Shown piece after piece: positions 9,303-20,164 of a DNA stretch of 64,000 nucleotides. The stretch is from a virus (lineage: Duplodnaviria > Caudoviricetes). The notes below the pieces were generated by a model that saw only the letters and a program-made list of their open reading frames with translations, ran no database searches and was not told the origin of the DNA. A program made the translations under genes and the position numbers. Where the stretch lies: positions 56,648 to 120,647 of the IMG/VR virus record IMGVR_UViG_3300006056_000027, one strand, 5' to 3'. Positions within the stretch are counted from its first letter, which is position 1. Every line of letters starts with the position of its first letter.

Positions 9303-11870
9303 TTACACCATGTAATAAATATTAATGTCTTTAATGATTGGAGATGACTGTACAATTCTTAGACCCTTTTCTTTAGGCTCTAGTTGAATATAGTATTTTC
9401 CATCTTCTCCGTTAATGATAATACTACTACCTGTATTTATGTATACGCTGTCATCAACTGGTTTAACCGCATTGTATGATGCATAGACTAATGAGTATTG
9501 ATATGTAATATTTATTCCGCCATCTATTGGCATTTCTGTATATAGAATACCATTTGCATAATCTATAGAGAATAGTCCAGATGCATGATATGCGGATATA
9601 GAGTCAAATCTAATTTCTGTTTCTACGAATTGAGATGGGAATATATCGGTTGGAAGCTTAATCTTGTTTCCGTCAATCATATAGTCGCCTTCCTCGATTA
9701 GCTCGTCTGAAGAATATACTCTGTTGATAAATAACTCTACTTGTCCATAGAAGCTGAACTCTGAATTGCTAGCTATCCTATGGCCAAACTGTTCTATGTC
9801 TATAACAGTCAAGTTATCAACAACGTCATACTGTCCTAGAATCTTAATAGATGTGGTGGACTTAATAATAAACTCTTCGCGACCATCCTTGTATTCGACT
9901 TCTTTATTCACACTTACAATTGATGCGCCAGAGCTATCTACTACGACTGTTCCTGGAATGATATTGGTATGACCTAGTTTACATATTCTATTATATTCTG
10001 CAGGCGCTAATGATTGAGTGTTCTTCCCTTTCTTTGTAAATGCTAATTTAGCACTTTTACTTCCAGTGAAAATCTCTTCATCTTTAATGATTTTATCTGG
10101 ATGAATAACGAATGCATGGATGTCTTTAGATATGTTTCCTGATCTTACGATCTTGTTCTTACTAATAGAATATTTATTTACATTTTCTATAACTGGATAG
10201 TATTTGTTAAAGTATGTATCTGGGATTGGTTCAAAGAACACGTCGTATAAAGACATGATATATTTCCCGCCAACGATAGCAGAGTTAACTGTTGCTATTA
10301 AGTCGCCAATAGAATTGTAGATATGGAATATATCTCCGTCTTTAGCTTCGTAATTAAATCTATCTATCGAACCAGCAAATCCATTTCTTAGATCGAATGT
10401 AAATACGGTATCATTGTATATCGCTCTATAAACGTCATGAGCAACCTTTAGCTTCAAACATACACTATCAGTGCTTCCAGTTCCAATCGTCTGGTATATC
10501 GGCGTAGAGATACCGTAGAATGCTACCTCTTTATCAATGTAATCGTATGCTGTATATACTGAATTATTATAGATAGAAACTTTTTCATAGTCGTAGAACA
10601 CTCTTGTTGGTGTTGTTGACTCTTCTGAAAGAGATAGTTTTTTATTGTCATACAATCCATATATTGTTTGTATTCCGTCAAGGCTGTCTTCTGTTTTAAT
10701 TTTACCAAATGCTTTATCCGCATAGATGTATACGCCCTGAACTTCATAGTCGGCGTTGTATCCGTAATCTATATAACCATTGATTGTCTCTACGATATTG
10801 AATAGTTTTGGTAGCTTTCTAAAATTGATTGTTTCTGATACTGATGAAAGTTCGAACTTTACATAAAACTTTTTAACTGAATCTGTATTAAAAATTGAAT
10901 CTTTGTCTACGTTGTTGAAGTTAATTATCTTCTTTGTTTGTGAGATGGAGTTGGATTGAGATATTGGTAGCCAATTTACTGCATCTACTGAGACAGATGT
11001 ATTTACATTTTTATAGTGATCGTTTATTACGCTGTATTGTAAAGCTATCTTAAGAACGTCTAAGTCTGATGTTATTGGGCCGATTATGATATCGCCGTTA
11101 GAGAATGTATCAGCACTAATTACATTTATTTTTTTAAAATCTATACGACTAGTTATTGTTCCGTTTACTAGCTCTGAATCATCTTGTACTAGTGAAATGA
11201 TTATTTTCTTTGCCATCACTGGCTCTATCAATAATCTAGAATCATCATTTAGAAGTTGTTTTGACTGAGTGTTAGTATTTTGGAATGTGCACTTACTAAA
11301 TGTGCCATTGCCACGAATAGCTGTTACTGACTTAATCTTTGGTAAGTTGATACCATTATTATTGATGTTGATATCTATTGCAGAAACTAATTCCTCTGCG
11401 ATAAAAGCTATCTCAATTTCAAGATTCATAAATGGCTTGGTGTTCGTTAATAGAAGGCCATTGCCGTTTATAAGATCTGCCGTGTCAATGTATTTAGATT
11501 TATCAAAGTTGCCATCAAGCTTGATCTCTCTTGTCAGGATAACTTTCTTATCCTTTTGATCAAGATACATTGTTAAGTCAAATCCATTAAGGACTATATT
11601 GTTTGATTGAGATTTAACATTACTCTGAAATGGTGATGCTGTTTTAGCCAATGCTCCGCCAACAATCACTACGTCTTGTAATTGATTTGCCAAGATTGAT
11701 AAATTGGATGTTATTAAGTCTGCATATGAAATAGATTTGTCTACAATGGACAGCATCGTATTATTAGTTTGATTTATGTTTTCAATGGCGTCATTAATAC
11801 TAAGTCCTGCACTTCTTATATATTCAAGCAGTCCTGTTTTTGTTTTATTACTAATCTGCTTTACTATCAT
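9303..11870 (-). CDS. Putative baseplate/tail peripheral structural protein
   Basis: 855 aa, beta-rich, with FSIDYANGILY-type strands; lies in the tail module. Confidence 0.55.
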   Translation of the reverse strand: MIVKQISNKTKTGLLEYIRSAGLSINDAIENINQTNNTMLSIVDKSISYADLITSNLSILANQLQDVVIVGGALAKTASPFQSNVKSQSNNIVLNGFDLTMYLDQKDKKVILTREIKLDGNFDKSKYIDTADLINGNGLLLTNTKPFMNLEIEIAFIAEELVSAIDININNNGINLPKIKSVTAIRGNGTFSKCTFQNTNTQSKQLLNDDSRLLIEPVMAKKIIISLVQDDSELVNGTITSRIDFKKINVISADTFSNGDIIIGPITSDLDVLKIALQYSVINDHYKNVNTSVSVDAVNWLPISQSNSISQTKKIINFNNVDKDSIFNTDSVKKFYVKFELSSVSETINFRKLPKLFNIVETINGYIDYGYNADYEVQGVYIYADKAFGKIKTEDSLDGIQTIYGLYDNKKLSLSEESTTPTRVFYDYEKVSIYNNSVYTAYDYIDKEVAFYGISTPIYQTIGTGSTDSVCLKLKVAHDVYRAIYNDTVFTFDLRNGFAGSIDRFNYEAKDGDIFHIYNSIGDLIATVNSAIVGGKYIMSLYDVFFEPIPDTYFNKYYPVIENVNKYSISKNKIVRSGNISKDIHAFVIHPDKIIKDEEIFTGSKSAKLAFTKKGKNTQSLAPAEYNRICKLGHTNIIPGTVVVDSSGASIVSVNKEVEYKDGREEFIIKSTTSIKILGQYDVVDNLTVIDIEQFGHRIASNSEFSFYGQVELFINRVYSSDELIEEGDYMIDGNKIKLPTDIFPSQFVETEIRFDSISAYHASGLFSIDYANGILYTEMPIDGGINITYQYSLVYASYNAVKPVDDSVYINTGSSIIINGEDGKYYIQLEPKEKGLRIVQSSPIIKDINIYYMV

Positions 11871-12623
11871 TTAATATCCAACTACGCTTATTCTTTTTAT
11901 TACTGGTGTATGATCTGTCTTTGCAAACTCTATGTTTATAATATCAACTGTAATGGAAATCTTAATAAAAGATGCTTTTGCTTTTACTTTGATTAATCTG
12001 CCATCTGTATAAATAAGCTGGTTAGATTGCTTAGGAATTCCGAACTTAAATAGCTCCTTAGAATTACTTTGTAAAAGCAAAATGTCATCTATATACTTAT
12101 TGTCTATATAACCGTACAGATTATTATAATCTTCCAAATTGTCGTTATTAACATAAACAGTATCAGAAGATACAGGTAATCTAACATCTTGTCCTGTGAC
12201 TTGTTGCAAATTTTCATCTAGTAATCCTATGCTGCATACAGCACTTATATGTGCATCACCAATATTATCATAATCAATATTTACCTTAATATTTTCTTTA
12301 TATGGAATAATCTGCTCAATTGTTTTAAACGATCCGTGCTTACCATATTTAGAATAAGAAGGAATAATAGCAATATGTCTTACGATATCTTCTGGAGTTA
12401 ACGTGTGTTGGTAATATATTCTTATCTTTTTAGATAGTGATAGTTTATATACAATGCTTGAAGAACCAAATATTGTATTGAAAACATCTGATAATACCAC
12501 CTCGGATCCATCCAAGTCTATACACGTTATTTTCTCTATAAATAAATCCTCTAATTGAGTTTTAATTGATATTATATTATGGGCATCCACTAGGATATTC
12601 TTGTCCAATATATAGGATGGCAT
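11871..12623 (-). CDS. Hypothetical virion protein
   Basis: 250 aa in the tail module; C-terminal TPVIKRISV strand like its neighbours. Confidence 0.5.
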   Translation of the reverse strand: MPSYILDKNILVDAHNIISIKTQLEDLFIEKITCIDLDGSEVVLSDVFNTIFGSSSIVYKLSLSKKIRIYYQHTLTPEDIVRHIAIIPSYSKYGKHGSFKTIEQIIPYKENIKVNIDYDNIGDAHISAVCSIGLLDENLQQVTGQDVRLPVSSDTVYVNNDNLEDYNNLYGYIDNKYIDDILLLQSNSKELFKFGIPKQSNQLIYTDGRLIKVKAKASFIKISITVDIINIEFAKTDHTPVIKRISVVGY

Positions 12624-13000
12624 TATTTTGTCTCCAGTATAATTCCAACATTAGATATAAATGTTGTTCCATTTTTTACAGTATTATTTAAATCGAATGA
12701 TACACATATTCCATCCTTATCTGGAGGGATTTGATTCTTTGATGCTATTAAGCTGTCTGCTAAATCTTCTATGTATTTAATTTTATTACTAATTCCATTA
12801 AAGATCAGATGATATACGGATTCAATTTCATCAAGATACGTAGATAGCGTTTCTATTTTTGCAGAACTTAAATCATTGACAGACTTGAACTGATCAAGTG
12901 CCACCTGCATAGATGGCGCTCCGTCCAAACTAGTTAGATTTTGCGCATATGTTTTTCTATCTAAAAATAGACCTGCTCTATTTTCTAAATACTCTTTCAT
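12623..13000 (-). CDS. Hypothetical virion protein
   Basis: 125 aa with stop/start overlaps on both sides. Confidence 0.5.
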   Translation of the reverse strand: MKEYLENRAGLFLDRKTYAQNLTSLDGAPSMQVALDQFKSVNDLSSAKIETLSTYLDEIESVYHLIFNGISNKIKYIEDLADSLIASKNQIPPDKDGICVSFDLNNTVKNGTTFISNVGIILETK

Positions 13001-14763
13001 ACATTTATTCCATATGAACTAATCTTGCCATTATATGATACGAATATCTTTGTGTCTGCCCTATTTTCTACAACTGCGAATAATTCTTTTGTTGTACTAT
13101 TAAAGAACAACTCTGGATCTACTGTGTCAATGTCACCGTTGCTTTCCATAAAGGCTATCTTAATCTTTTCCTTATCATATGACCAATCAGTGTTAATGAA
13201 ATCTATGCCTTGTACGAAGGCTAGAACATCAACATCTGTCGTAACTAGTGATCCTATGTAGTCTTCTAGACCTGATACGTCTATTGAGATAGATATAAAA
13301 TCATCTGTTTTGTTATCAATAAAGAAATCAATTGGTAAAATATTACCACTTACGACTCCAATTCCAGCGCCAGCCTTAACAACCGCGTCAGTATTAACCT
13401 TAACAATAGAGCCTGAGTAATACTTGTATTGATCAAAATCAGTATTTACAATTCCAGCAACCCTACCTATTGATTCAATTTCTTCGTCTATTCCATTTTC
13501 TATTCTAAATGCTCCACATGATTTAAGGTTTATACTGTTTAGGTATTTGTCTATATCGTCTGTTTGAGATATGTAGAATTCGGATATCATATTTGGAGAA
13601 GCTATCTGGATTGATGAAGTGTCTTGATAGTCGAATGAGTAGTTTGGGCCAGCCTGTGTCACAGTAAATGATAGATCGTCGATATTAGTTGCAGTGATAA
13701 ATTCGTTGCTGTATGTAATAAATCTTAAATCTTTTCTATGTACTTCATCTGCTACTGAAGGCTTTTTGATTAGTGTAGGATGTATAAAGATTTGATGAGA
13801 AGTGTTGTAATCTATGTTCGCGTATCCTAGGTTTCCACTGGGCTTAAAGATTGATAGGTATGAGTAGGTTATTTCTATTTCATCTCCTACGCCTATAGCG
13901 TTTGAGTTTACAAGTTGTTCTAATGAGACAAATCCAGTTGACTGGTTGATAGCAAAAGTTAGCCCTATATTTGTGGCAAATCCATTAATCAACGATACCT
14001 TACAATCATCTAGCTTGATATTTCTATTAGCCAATTTAACACACAGGTCGTTCTTAACATAAAATGTTTCTTTATTGTTTAGTACAAGATTGTGCGGATT
14101 GTTTAGATAGTTGTATTCAACTAGTGCGTTTACATTGCCTATCTTCTTAGACTCTGAATATATAAATTCGTCTACAAGATATGTAAAGTAAGTTTCGTTA
14201 AATTCAATTCTTGTATCAAATATACTTCCAGCCTTATTCACAATGTCAGTAATATCCTTACTAAAAGAAACCCTTACGCTATTGCCAGCTTTCTTTGGAG
14301 TATATGTTTTGCCATCAAGGTCATAAACATATTTAAGATCAAGTCTTCTACTGTCTATAAATACTGGAAAGAAATCTACGATAATAGAGGAGTGAATAAC
14401 GTCTGCCACATATATTGTTACTAATCCTGTTTTGTTTTTCGAATACACAAAATTAGTATCTTCAAATTCTGGCGTATCGCCATTGACAGTAATAAGACTT
14501 GCACCAACATACTTTGGATACTTATAAAAATATCCATCAATATCTGTTGCAAGCATATCTGTGTAATTTGATTCGACTTGTTTTGAAGATAATTCTTTTA
14601 TATAGAAGGGGATAGAGTCCGAAGACTCTACCGTTATTTTTCTTAGGCCGTTATCAATATCAAAAAACTTCTTTGATACTGATCGAGTATGTAGTTCGCA
14701 GTTTTGTGTTTCGAAGAACTGGAGCTTCTTTAGAAGCCCCATATCGTATGATTTTTCTATCAT
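12997..14763 (-). CDS. Hypothetical virion/baseplate protein
   Basis: Long beta-rich ORF just after the fibre gene. ATG 14763 forms an ATGA overlap with the fibre stop (ORF track start is 14778). Confidence 0.55.
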   Translation of the reverse strand: MIEKSYDMGLLKKLQFFETQNCELHTRSVSKKFFDIDNGLRKITVESSDSIPFYIKELSSKQVESNYTDMLATDIDGYFYKYPKYVGASLITVNGDTPEFEDTNFVYSKNKTGLVTIYVADVIHSSIIVDFFPVFIDSRRLDLKYVYDLDGKTYTPKKAGNSVRVSFSKDITDIVNKAGSIFDTRIEFNETYFTYLVDEFIYSESKKIGNVNALVEYNYLNNPHNLVLNNKETFYVKNDLCVKLANRNIKLDDCKVSLINGFATNIGLTFAINQSTGFVSLEQLVNSNAIGVGDEIEITYSYLSIFKPSGNLGYANIDYNTSHQIFIHPTLIKKPSVADEVHRKDLRFITYSNEFITATNIDDLSFTVTQAGPNYSFDYQDTSSIQIASPNMISEFYISQTDDIDKYLNSINLKSCGAFRIENGIDEEIESIGRVAGIVNTDFDQYKYYSGSIVKVNTDAVVKAGAGIGVVSGNILPIDFFIDNKTDDFISISIDVSGLEDYIGSLVTTDVDVLAFVQGIDFINTDWSYDKEKIKIAFMESNGDIDTVDPELFFNSTTKELFAVVENRADTKIFVSYNGKISSYGINV

Positions 14764-17700
14764 GTCACTCTTATCCATATTGCTGCAACAGTGTATGGTT
14801 GCATGTTATTATGCGCAGCTCCAGACCCAGAAGAGCTAGTAGTAAGTGTGGCAGTAGACGTTATTGCGTTACCACCACCACTTCCGTCTTGACCAACGTA
14901 TGTCATTCCGTTAACCCCATTAAAAGTATGAGTATGTGGTGTTAGCTCTGAAAGCGTAAGTGTGTGCGAATACTCTCCTGCGGATGCACCATTTACGAAA
15001 GTCCTAGATTCCATGTTGGAGTCAGTATATTGCCCGCTGCCTATAATAGTTTTCCCTTCTGCAAAAGGCGACCAGGTTCCAAATGCATGATTGCCAAATG
15101 GTCCGCTTTGTAGTCCTGGATTCTGCTGATTGATTTGATTTGAATATATTGTTCCAATAGGATATATAGCCTTTAATAACGATAATCTCAAAACTCCTTT
15201 TATTTCATTTATAACAAACTCTCTATTTACTGCATCCTTAGGATTAGTAATAGCCGCTACTGGAACAATATCGTAGTCATACGGGAGGTCTTCAACTTCT
15301 AGGTTTCTAATATAGCCATTGCCACAGTTGATAGGATTGCCGCCAGCCATTTCAAGTGTGTCATATATCTTTGTTGGTTCTCCGCCAAATCCAAGAACTG
15401 TTTCACCGTATGAGGTAAATTTACCATTAGCTCTTATGTCGCCATTAATTGTTGCATTTCCAGTAGTTTCTATTTCACCACAACTAATTTTGTTAGTAGT
15501 CGTAAAGTTTGTATCAATAACCAATGAATGAAAAACTGCGTTACCAGTAATTGTTAATGATGTTCCATTTATAATGTTTGCATTAATAATAGAGCTAGAT
15601 GTAACTGTTCCGCTTACTGTTATTTCATTTGCTGTAATTGCATTATTAAAGAATGTATTGTCAGAGAATGTAACTGGTTGTGTAAATTCGGATGATACAT
15701 TTGACTGGAATGATCCAATATTTAAAAGTGTGGATCCATTAATAGTATTGGTAGAAGTAGCATCGCCAGCTGTTATGCCTTTTGATATAATTACTGTTCC
15801 GCCAATTGTTGTGTTGCCGCCAATTGTTGTGTTGCCACCTATTGTTGCTGTTCCTGTAACATTTAAGTTGGTCCCAACTGATAGGGCACCATTTGCCTCA
15901 AGTGAAGGTCCAGAGATAGCCCCGTCTACACTTAGGCTGCCACCTAACGTTGTATTACCACTAACGATTAGAGTGTTGATTGTTGCAACAGCTGTGATTG
16001 CTACATCGTCATTAAATGCAATTGAATTACCGAAGATTACATTACCATAGAAGGTAGATGTCGAATCTAGGTTTGTTGTGAACGATTCAGATATAACAAC
16101 TTCTGTAGCTGTTACTTTGTCAAATACCACATCACCAGCAAACGTAGATGTTCCAGAGATGTTTAGATTGCCAACGCCAGTAATATTTTTAGCTTTAATG
16201 TCTGAATAAACAACATTGTTAAAGTCTATATCATTACCCTGTGTGAAGAATACGCCATTAGGAGATTCAACTACCAAAGCATTTCCTGGATATAGGGCAT
16301 TAGAAGATGTTGCAAATATATTTATTGGCCCACCAAATGCTATACCATTTCTAATTGTGCCGTCACTCTTGTTGAGAGTTGTACTATTTAATATAGCGGA
16401 CTTAGCAAAAACGCTAACTCTTGGCCACTCTGTAAGATTATCTATTCTTGTTTCTTCATTCGACTGGAATGAATACTGAACACCATCTTCTTCTTGAATA
16501 CTATCAGTTGGCTTAATTAAGTATAGTCCACCATCTGTAATCTCAATGAATCCGTTATTATTACTTAGGGATGCCGCTGAACCATTTTCCGCTGATGCAT
16601 ACAATGTTAAATATCTGCTTGCATCTTCTTGGAAGTTTAACCCTGTTAATCTACCAGTATTTCTAATATCTAAAGTAAAGTTAGAAACGTATACGCATTT
16701 ATTATCCACTGTTGTGAAATAGGAACTGTTTGGAGCTAGACTTGTTCCGAATAGAATCTTAGATCCTTCCTCTAATGCAAGTGTTTTAACTGTTAAGTTA
16801 TCTATTGTAGCTTCTTCTGATTCAATATTTAGAGAAGAAATAATCCTAGATAGTCCATATGATGAAGTTATTACAAGATTGTTACTGATTGCGGATAGAG
16901 AAATTACGCCAAGCTGAATAGATCCATTTACTGGGAGCGTCAGCTTATTGTTAATTGTTGCAAAATTAAAGTTTAACGAGCCACCCTTAATGTCGTGTAA
17001 TGTTCCGTTTAGGTCACCGAATGTCGTTAAATGCGGATCATTAAGGGCTGGTACGGCTTTCTTATTAGATGTAATAAACAGTCCATCATTCTTATTTGCA
17101 AGATTATGATTATTAATTCTTAGCCCATAGTCGTAGTCATCTGAGTTATAAGATATGGATACGCCATTAGCTGTAGACGCTACATTAAGATCTTCTTCTG
17201 TATATCTTCTTTTTACAACATGACCAGAGTCAGTTGAGCCGAAGATAAGAGAGTAGGAGTCATCATCTGCATTATTAAATAAGTTATTATCACTTTGAGA
17301 TGAGATAAGAACGTCCCCAACAATCGCATTGTTTAATGTTGCTGGATCTTCCGTGTAGCCTTCTCTGTTGAAATAGTTTGGGTGGTCATTACCTGGAATT
17401 GAAGACTTGCCATACTTAACATTAGTCCTAATTCCTTTTACAATTAAATCTAATAGGTTTGCATGTGACAACGGTGTAGAAATATCGCTTCCATCATGAC
17501 TGTGAGTCTGCATAGTTCTAAGCATGACTTCAACATATTGCCACAAGGACATGTTTGCAATTGATATAACAATAATGTCTGTTGCAAGATTAATAGTATC
17601 CGATGTTGCAATTTCATAAATATTATTAGCAACAATATAAATTGATTCTGAATCTATTTTTACATACGTATCATTTCCAGAATCGTATTTGTAGGCACTA

Positions 17701-18428
17701 ATATATTCCTTTGGACACACAATGTTGCCGCTACCATCTATAAATTGTTGCAAGTAGTCACTTAGAACAATGTCGTATGCGCCATCAAGATCGGTATTAA
17801 CGTTATGCCCATTGGCAGTTCCGACTGATACTCTAATTCTTCCATTTACTTCTAATGTAAGTGTTGGCTTATTTAAGCTGTTTACTGTATTAGGATTAGG
17901 AATTACGTTTGGCATGTAGCCATTATCCAAACCTTCAACTGTAGGATAGTTACCACTATAGGTGATTGAGAATGGACTTGTTGGTGGAGTTTGGAATATT
18001 AACTCTCGATTAGTTACGGTAAAGTCATTAACATTAAGTAGCTCTTCTGGTGTTGCAACTAGATTCCAGAACGATGTTGAATTTACGCCATCATCAATTG
18101 TGAAGCTTGCCCCAATATCTGGAACGAGTGTAAGTGTAAATGTTTTATAATTTGTTAGAACTCCACTATCTGTGAAGCTGCTAAACGATTGACCGAATGG
18201 TGCCGCTGGATCATTCTTTCTTGATCCTATATCTGTGGCAATACTATTAGTGAATTTAGTATCGTCAAATTGATAATCACCAAGTCCATACAAGTTACCA
18301 ATTGCATCGCCTACTTCGTTTAGGGAAGTCTCAATACCGTAAGCAATGCTTAGCATGTTTTCTTCTGATACGAATCCATCCACAGTTACTACTGGTGGTA
18401 GATTGAAGTCTTGTGTTAGCTGACTCAT
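14760..18428 (-). CDS. Tail fibre / baseplate fibre with gp10-C-like C-terminus
   Basis: Central beta-helix-like repeats (TIGGNT, LxVxG). C-terminal AIYPIGTIY...NPG...FGTW...GEYSHTLTLSELTPHTH...AHNNMQPY...WIRV is characteristic of T4 gp10/gp12-like tip domains. Confidence 0.8.
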   Translation of the reverse strand: MSQLTQDFNLPPVVTVDGFVSEENMLSIAYGIETSLNEVGDAIGNLYGLGDYQFDDTKFTNSIATDIGSRKNDPAAPFGQSFSSFTDSGVLTNYKTFTLTLVPDIGASFTIDDGVNSTSFWNLVATPEELLNVNDFTVTNRELIFQTPPTSPFSITYSGNYPTVEGLDNGYMPNVIPNPNTVNSLNKPTLTLEVNGRIRVSVGTANGHNVNTDLDGAYDIVLSDYLQQFIDGSGNIVCPKEYISAYKYDSGNDTYVKIDSESIYIVANNIYEIATSDTINLATDIIVISIANMSLWQYVEVMLRTMQTHSHDGSDISTPLSHANLLDLIVKGIRTNVKYGKSSIPGNDHPNYFNREGYTEDPATLNNAIVGDVLISSQSDNNLFNNADDDSYSLIFGSTDSGHVVKRRYTEEDLNVASTANGVSISYNSDDYDYGLRINNHNLANKNDGLFITSNKKAVPALNDPHLTTFGDLNGTLHDIKGGSLNFNFATINNKLTLPVNGSIQLGVISLSAISNNLVITSSYGLSRIISSLNIESEEATIDNLTVKTLALEEGSKILFGTSLAPNSSYFTTVDNKCVYVSNFTLDIRNTGRLTGLNFQEDASRYLTLYASAENGSAASLSNNNGFIEITDGGLYLIKPTDSIQEEDGVQYSFQSNEETRIDNLTEWPRVSVFAKSAILNSTTLNKSDGTIRNGIAFGGPINIFATSSNALYPGNALVVESPNGVFFTQGNDIDFNNVVYSDIKAKNITGVGNLNISGTSTFAGDVVFDKVTATEVVISESFTTNLDSTSTFYGNVIFGNSIAFNDDVAITAVATINTLIVSGNTTLGGSLSVDGAISGPSLEANGALSVGTNLNVTGTATIGGNTTIGGNTTIGGTVIISKGITAGDATSTNTINGSTLLNIGSFQSNVSSEFTQPVTFSDNTFFNNAITANEITVSGTVTSSSIINANIINGTSLTITGNAVFHSLVIDTNFTTTNKISCGEIETTGNATINGDIRANGKFTSYGETVLGFGGEPTKIYDTLEMAGGNPINCGNGYIRNLEVEDLPYDYDIVPVAAITNPKDAVNREFVINEIKGVLRLSLLKAIYPIGTIYSNQINQQNPGLQSGPFGNHAFGTWSPFAEGKTIIGSGQYTDSNMESRTFVNGASAGEYSHTLTLSELTPHTHTFNGVNGMTYVGQDGSGGGNAITSTATLTTSSSGSGAAHNNMQPYTVAAIWIRVT
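15799..15852. repeat. 18-bp coding tandem repeat, 3 units
   Basis: CCGCCAATTGTTGTGTTG twice exactly, plus the degenerate unit CCACCTATTGTTGCTGTT; encodes TIGGNT-type hexapeptides in the fibre. Confidence 0.85.
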
Positions 18429-18442
18429 TTATTATTCCTGTG

Positions 18443-20164
18443 CTATAATATTATTAGCATTGTTATAAGCGATGACTTATATTCGCCAAGTGTTTTGGCT
18501 ATGTATTCTTTTGAAACATTGAGAAGAATGTTATCACTATTTAAATAATAGTTGCTATTGCCTTCTTTGTCTGTTGATGAATAGGTAATTGTGATTGTTT
18601 TCTTACCTAAGATTAATAGTCCTGTCAGGGTGTTGTATTCTACAAATGGATCGCCACCTGTTAACAATCTTATAAATCCTGGTTCTACTTCTTTGATGAT
18701 TGGGCTAATAAAGCTTGTGTAGGTTATTCTGTACGATTTGTTTGGATCAATTTTGCTTACATCAAATGATACTACATCTGGTTGAAAATATGTGTAATCA
18801 GTGAATGTGGCTGATCCAGATAGATCATATTCTGTTACCACAAGCGTACCTATATTTACTGCTGATGGTAAAGCAAATTCATATCCATACTTATCAAAGT
18901 CAACTTCTACCAATATGTCAAATAGGTACGTCGTCTCTGCTATTGATCCGTTATAGCTAGTTGCAAGTGTTCCAGCATATGTGCCATCTAAGTATTGTTC
19001 ATAGTCAGAAGAATCATCTGTTCCTACTGATAATGCAGATAATCTAATTTGATTATTGTAATTAAATATTCCATATACAGCAACATCTATATTATCTTGG
19101 TCGTCATTAATTGTTATGGAATAATCTGGCCCAGCCACGTGCGCAGTAGGATACATATTGTCCATGATATTTGTTGATGCGGATAATGTAATGCTTAGAT
19201 CGTTGACATGTTTAGAGTTGGTATTTTCATTGCCTATTCTTAACGGAGAGGATAGTTCGATTGTTCTGTTTTGGTTGTTGTTGTCTATTGATAGTGTTAT
19301 TTTGTCTGAGCCTGGATATGGATTAAGCGTATTACTAGATAGATTAGTCTCTATTACCGCTATCGTATCCATTGATTTGTATTCGACAAACTTATAATCA
19401 GGAGTGGATGACTTAGTTACAACAATATCGCTCTTTCCAATTGCAACTGGTCTTAAGAAATAAAAGACTCCTAGTTTTGTTGCTGTAGTATTTGTGAGGA
19501 TTATCTCTCCAGTTTCTTGATAAACTGATTCTATTAAATTTGTAACATCTGTCCATCCTGTATCGTAGGCGTATACTGCAATATTACCACCAATCGGAAA
19601 GTGATCCGTTTTCAAGTATAGCTTGCCAGATACTATGATTGGGTCATGTCGCTCCATAGAGTCAATTACTTCAGCCTGATTAGTAGATAGATAGTTTGCC
19701 TCATTTGAATGTAGAACGTATCTCTTGGATCCGTTTAGGTTTGCACAACTAGTATTATCTTTATCAATTGATATGATATTCTCATCCAAATATGATTCTT
19801 TAACAAAGTTATAGTATTGATATATTTTGATTTGATCTTTATACCTGATAAATGATACGACATTCTGAAGGATATCTAGGTTTGCATGATCGTCTGTGGC
19901 GTAATAATAGGCGCCGTCTTTAAGAATGAAGCTATTAAGTAATGCATAACTGCCACCAATACTTCCATTCATAATGAACTTATCATCAATATAATCCGTA
20001 TTACTTAGGCCATCTGTTTGATTATTATGCCAAGATTCATTTCTAACTGTCTTGAATGGAACTGACTTAACTTGCTCTATATCTAGTGATAGATACGCTT
20101 GTTTGCCAGTGTCAAATTTAGAGACAGTCTCTACGTCTAGGCTATAACTTTTATTAATTGTCAT
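18443..20164 (-). CDS. Putative baseplate-associated structural protein
   Basis: 573 aa, beta-rich, between the baseplate wedge genes and the fibre. Confidence 0.5.
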   Translation of the reverse strand: MTINKSYSLDVETVSKFDTGKQAYLSLDIEQVKSVPFKTVRNESWHNNQTDGLSNTDYIDDKFIMNGSIGGSYALLNSFILKDGAYYYATDDHANLDILQNVVSFIRYKDQIKIYQYYNFVKESYLDENIISIDKDNTSCANLNGSKRYVLHSNEANYLSTNQAEVIDSMERHDPIIVSGKLYLKTDHFPIGGNIAVYAYDTGWTDVTNLIESVYQETGEIILTNTTATKLGVFYFLRPVAIGKSDIVVTKSSTPDYKFVEYKSMDTIAVIETNLSSNTLNPYPGSDKITLSIDNNNQNRTIELSSPLRIGNENTNSKHVNDLSITLSASTNIMDNMYPTAHVAGPDYSITINDDQDNIDVAVYGIFNYNNQIRLSALSVGTDDSSDYEQYLDGTYAGTLATSYNGSIAETTYLFDILVEVDFDKYGYEFALPSAVNIGTLVVTEYDLSGSATFTDYTYFQPDVVSFDVSKIDPNKSYRITYTSFISPIIKEVEPGFIRLLTGGDPFVEYNTLTGLLILGKKTITITYSSTDKEGNSNYYLNSDNILLNVSKEYIAKTLGEYKSSLITMLIIL

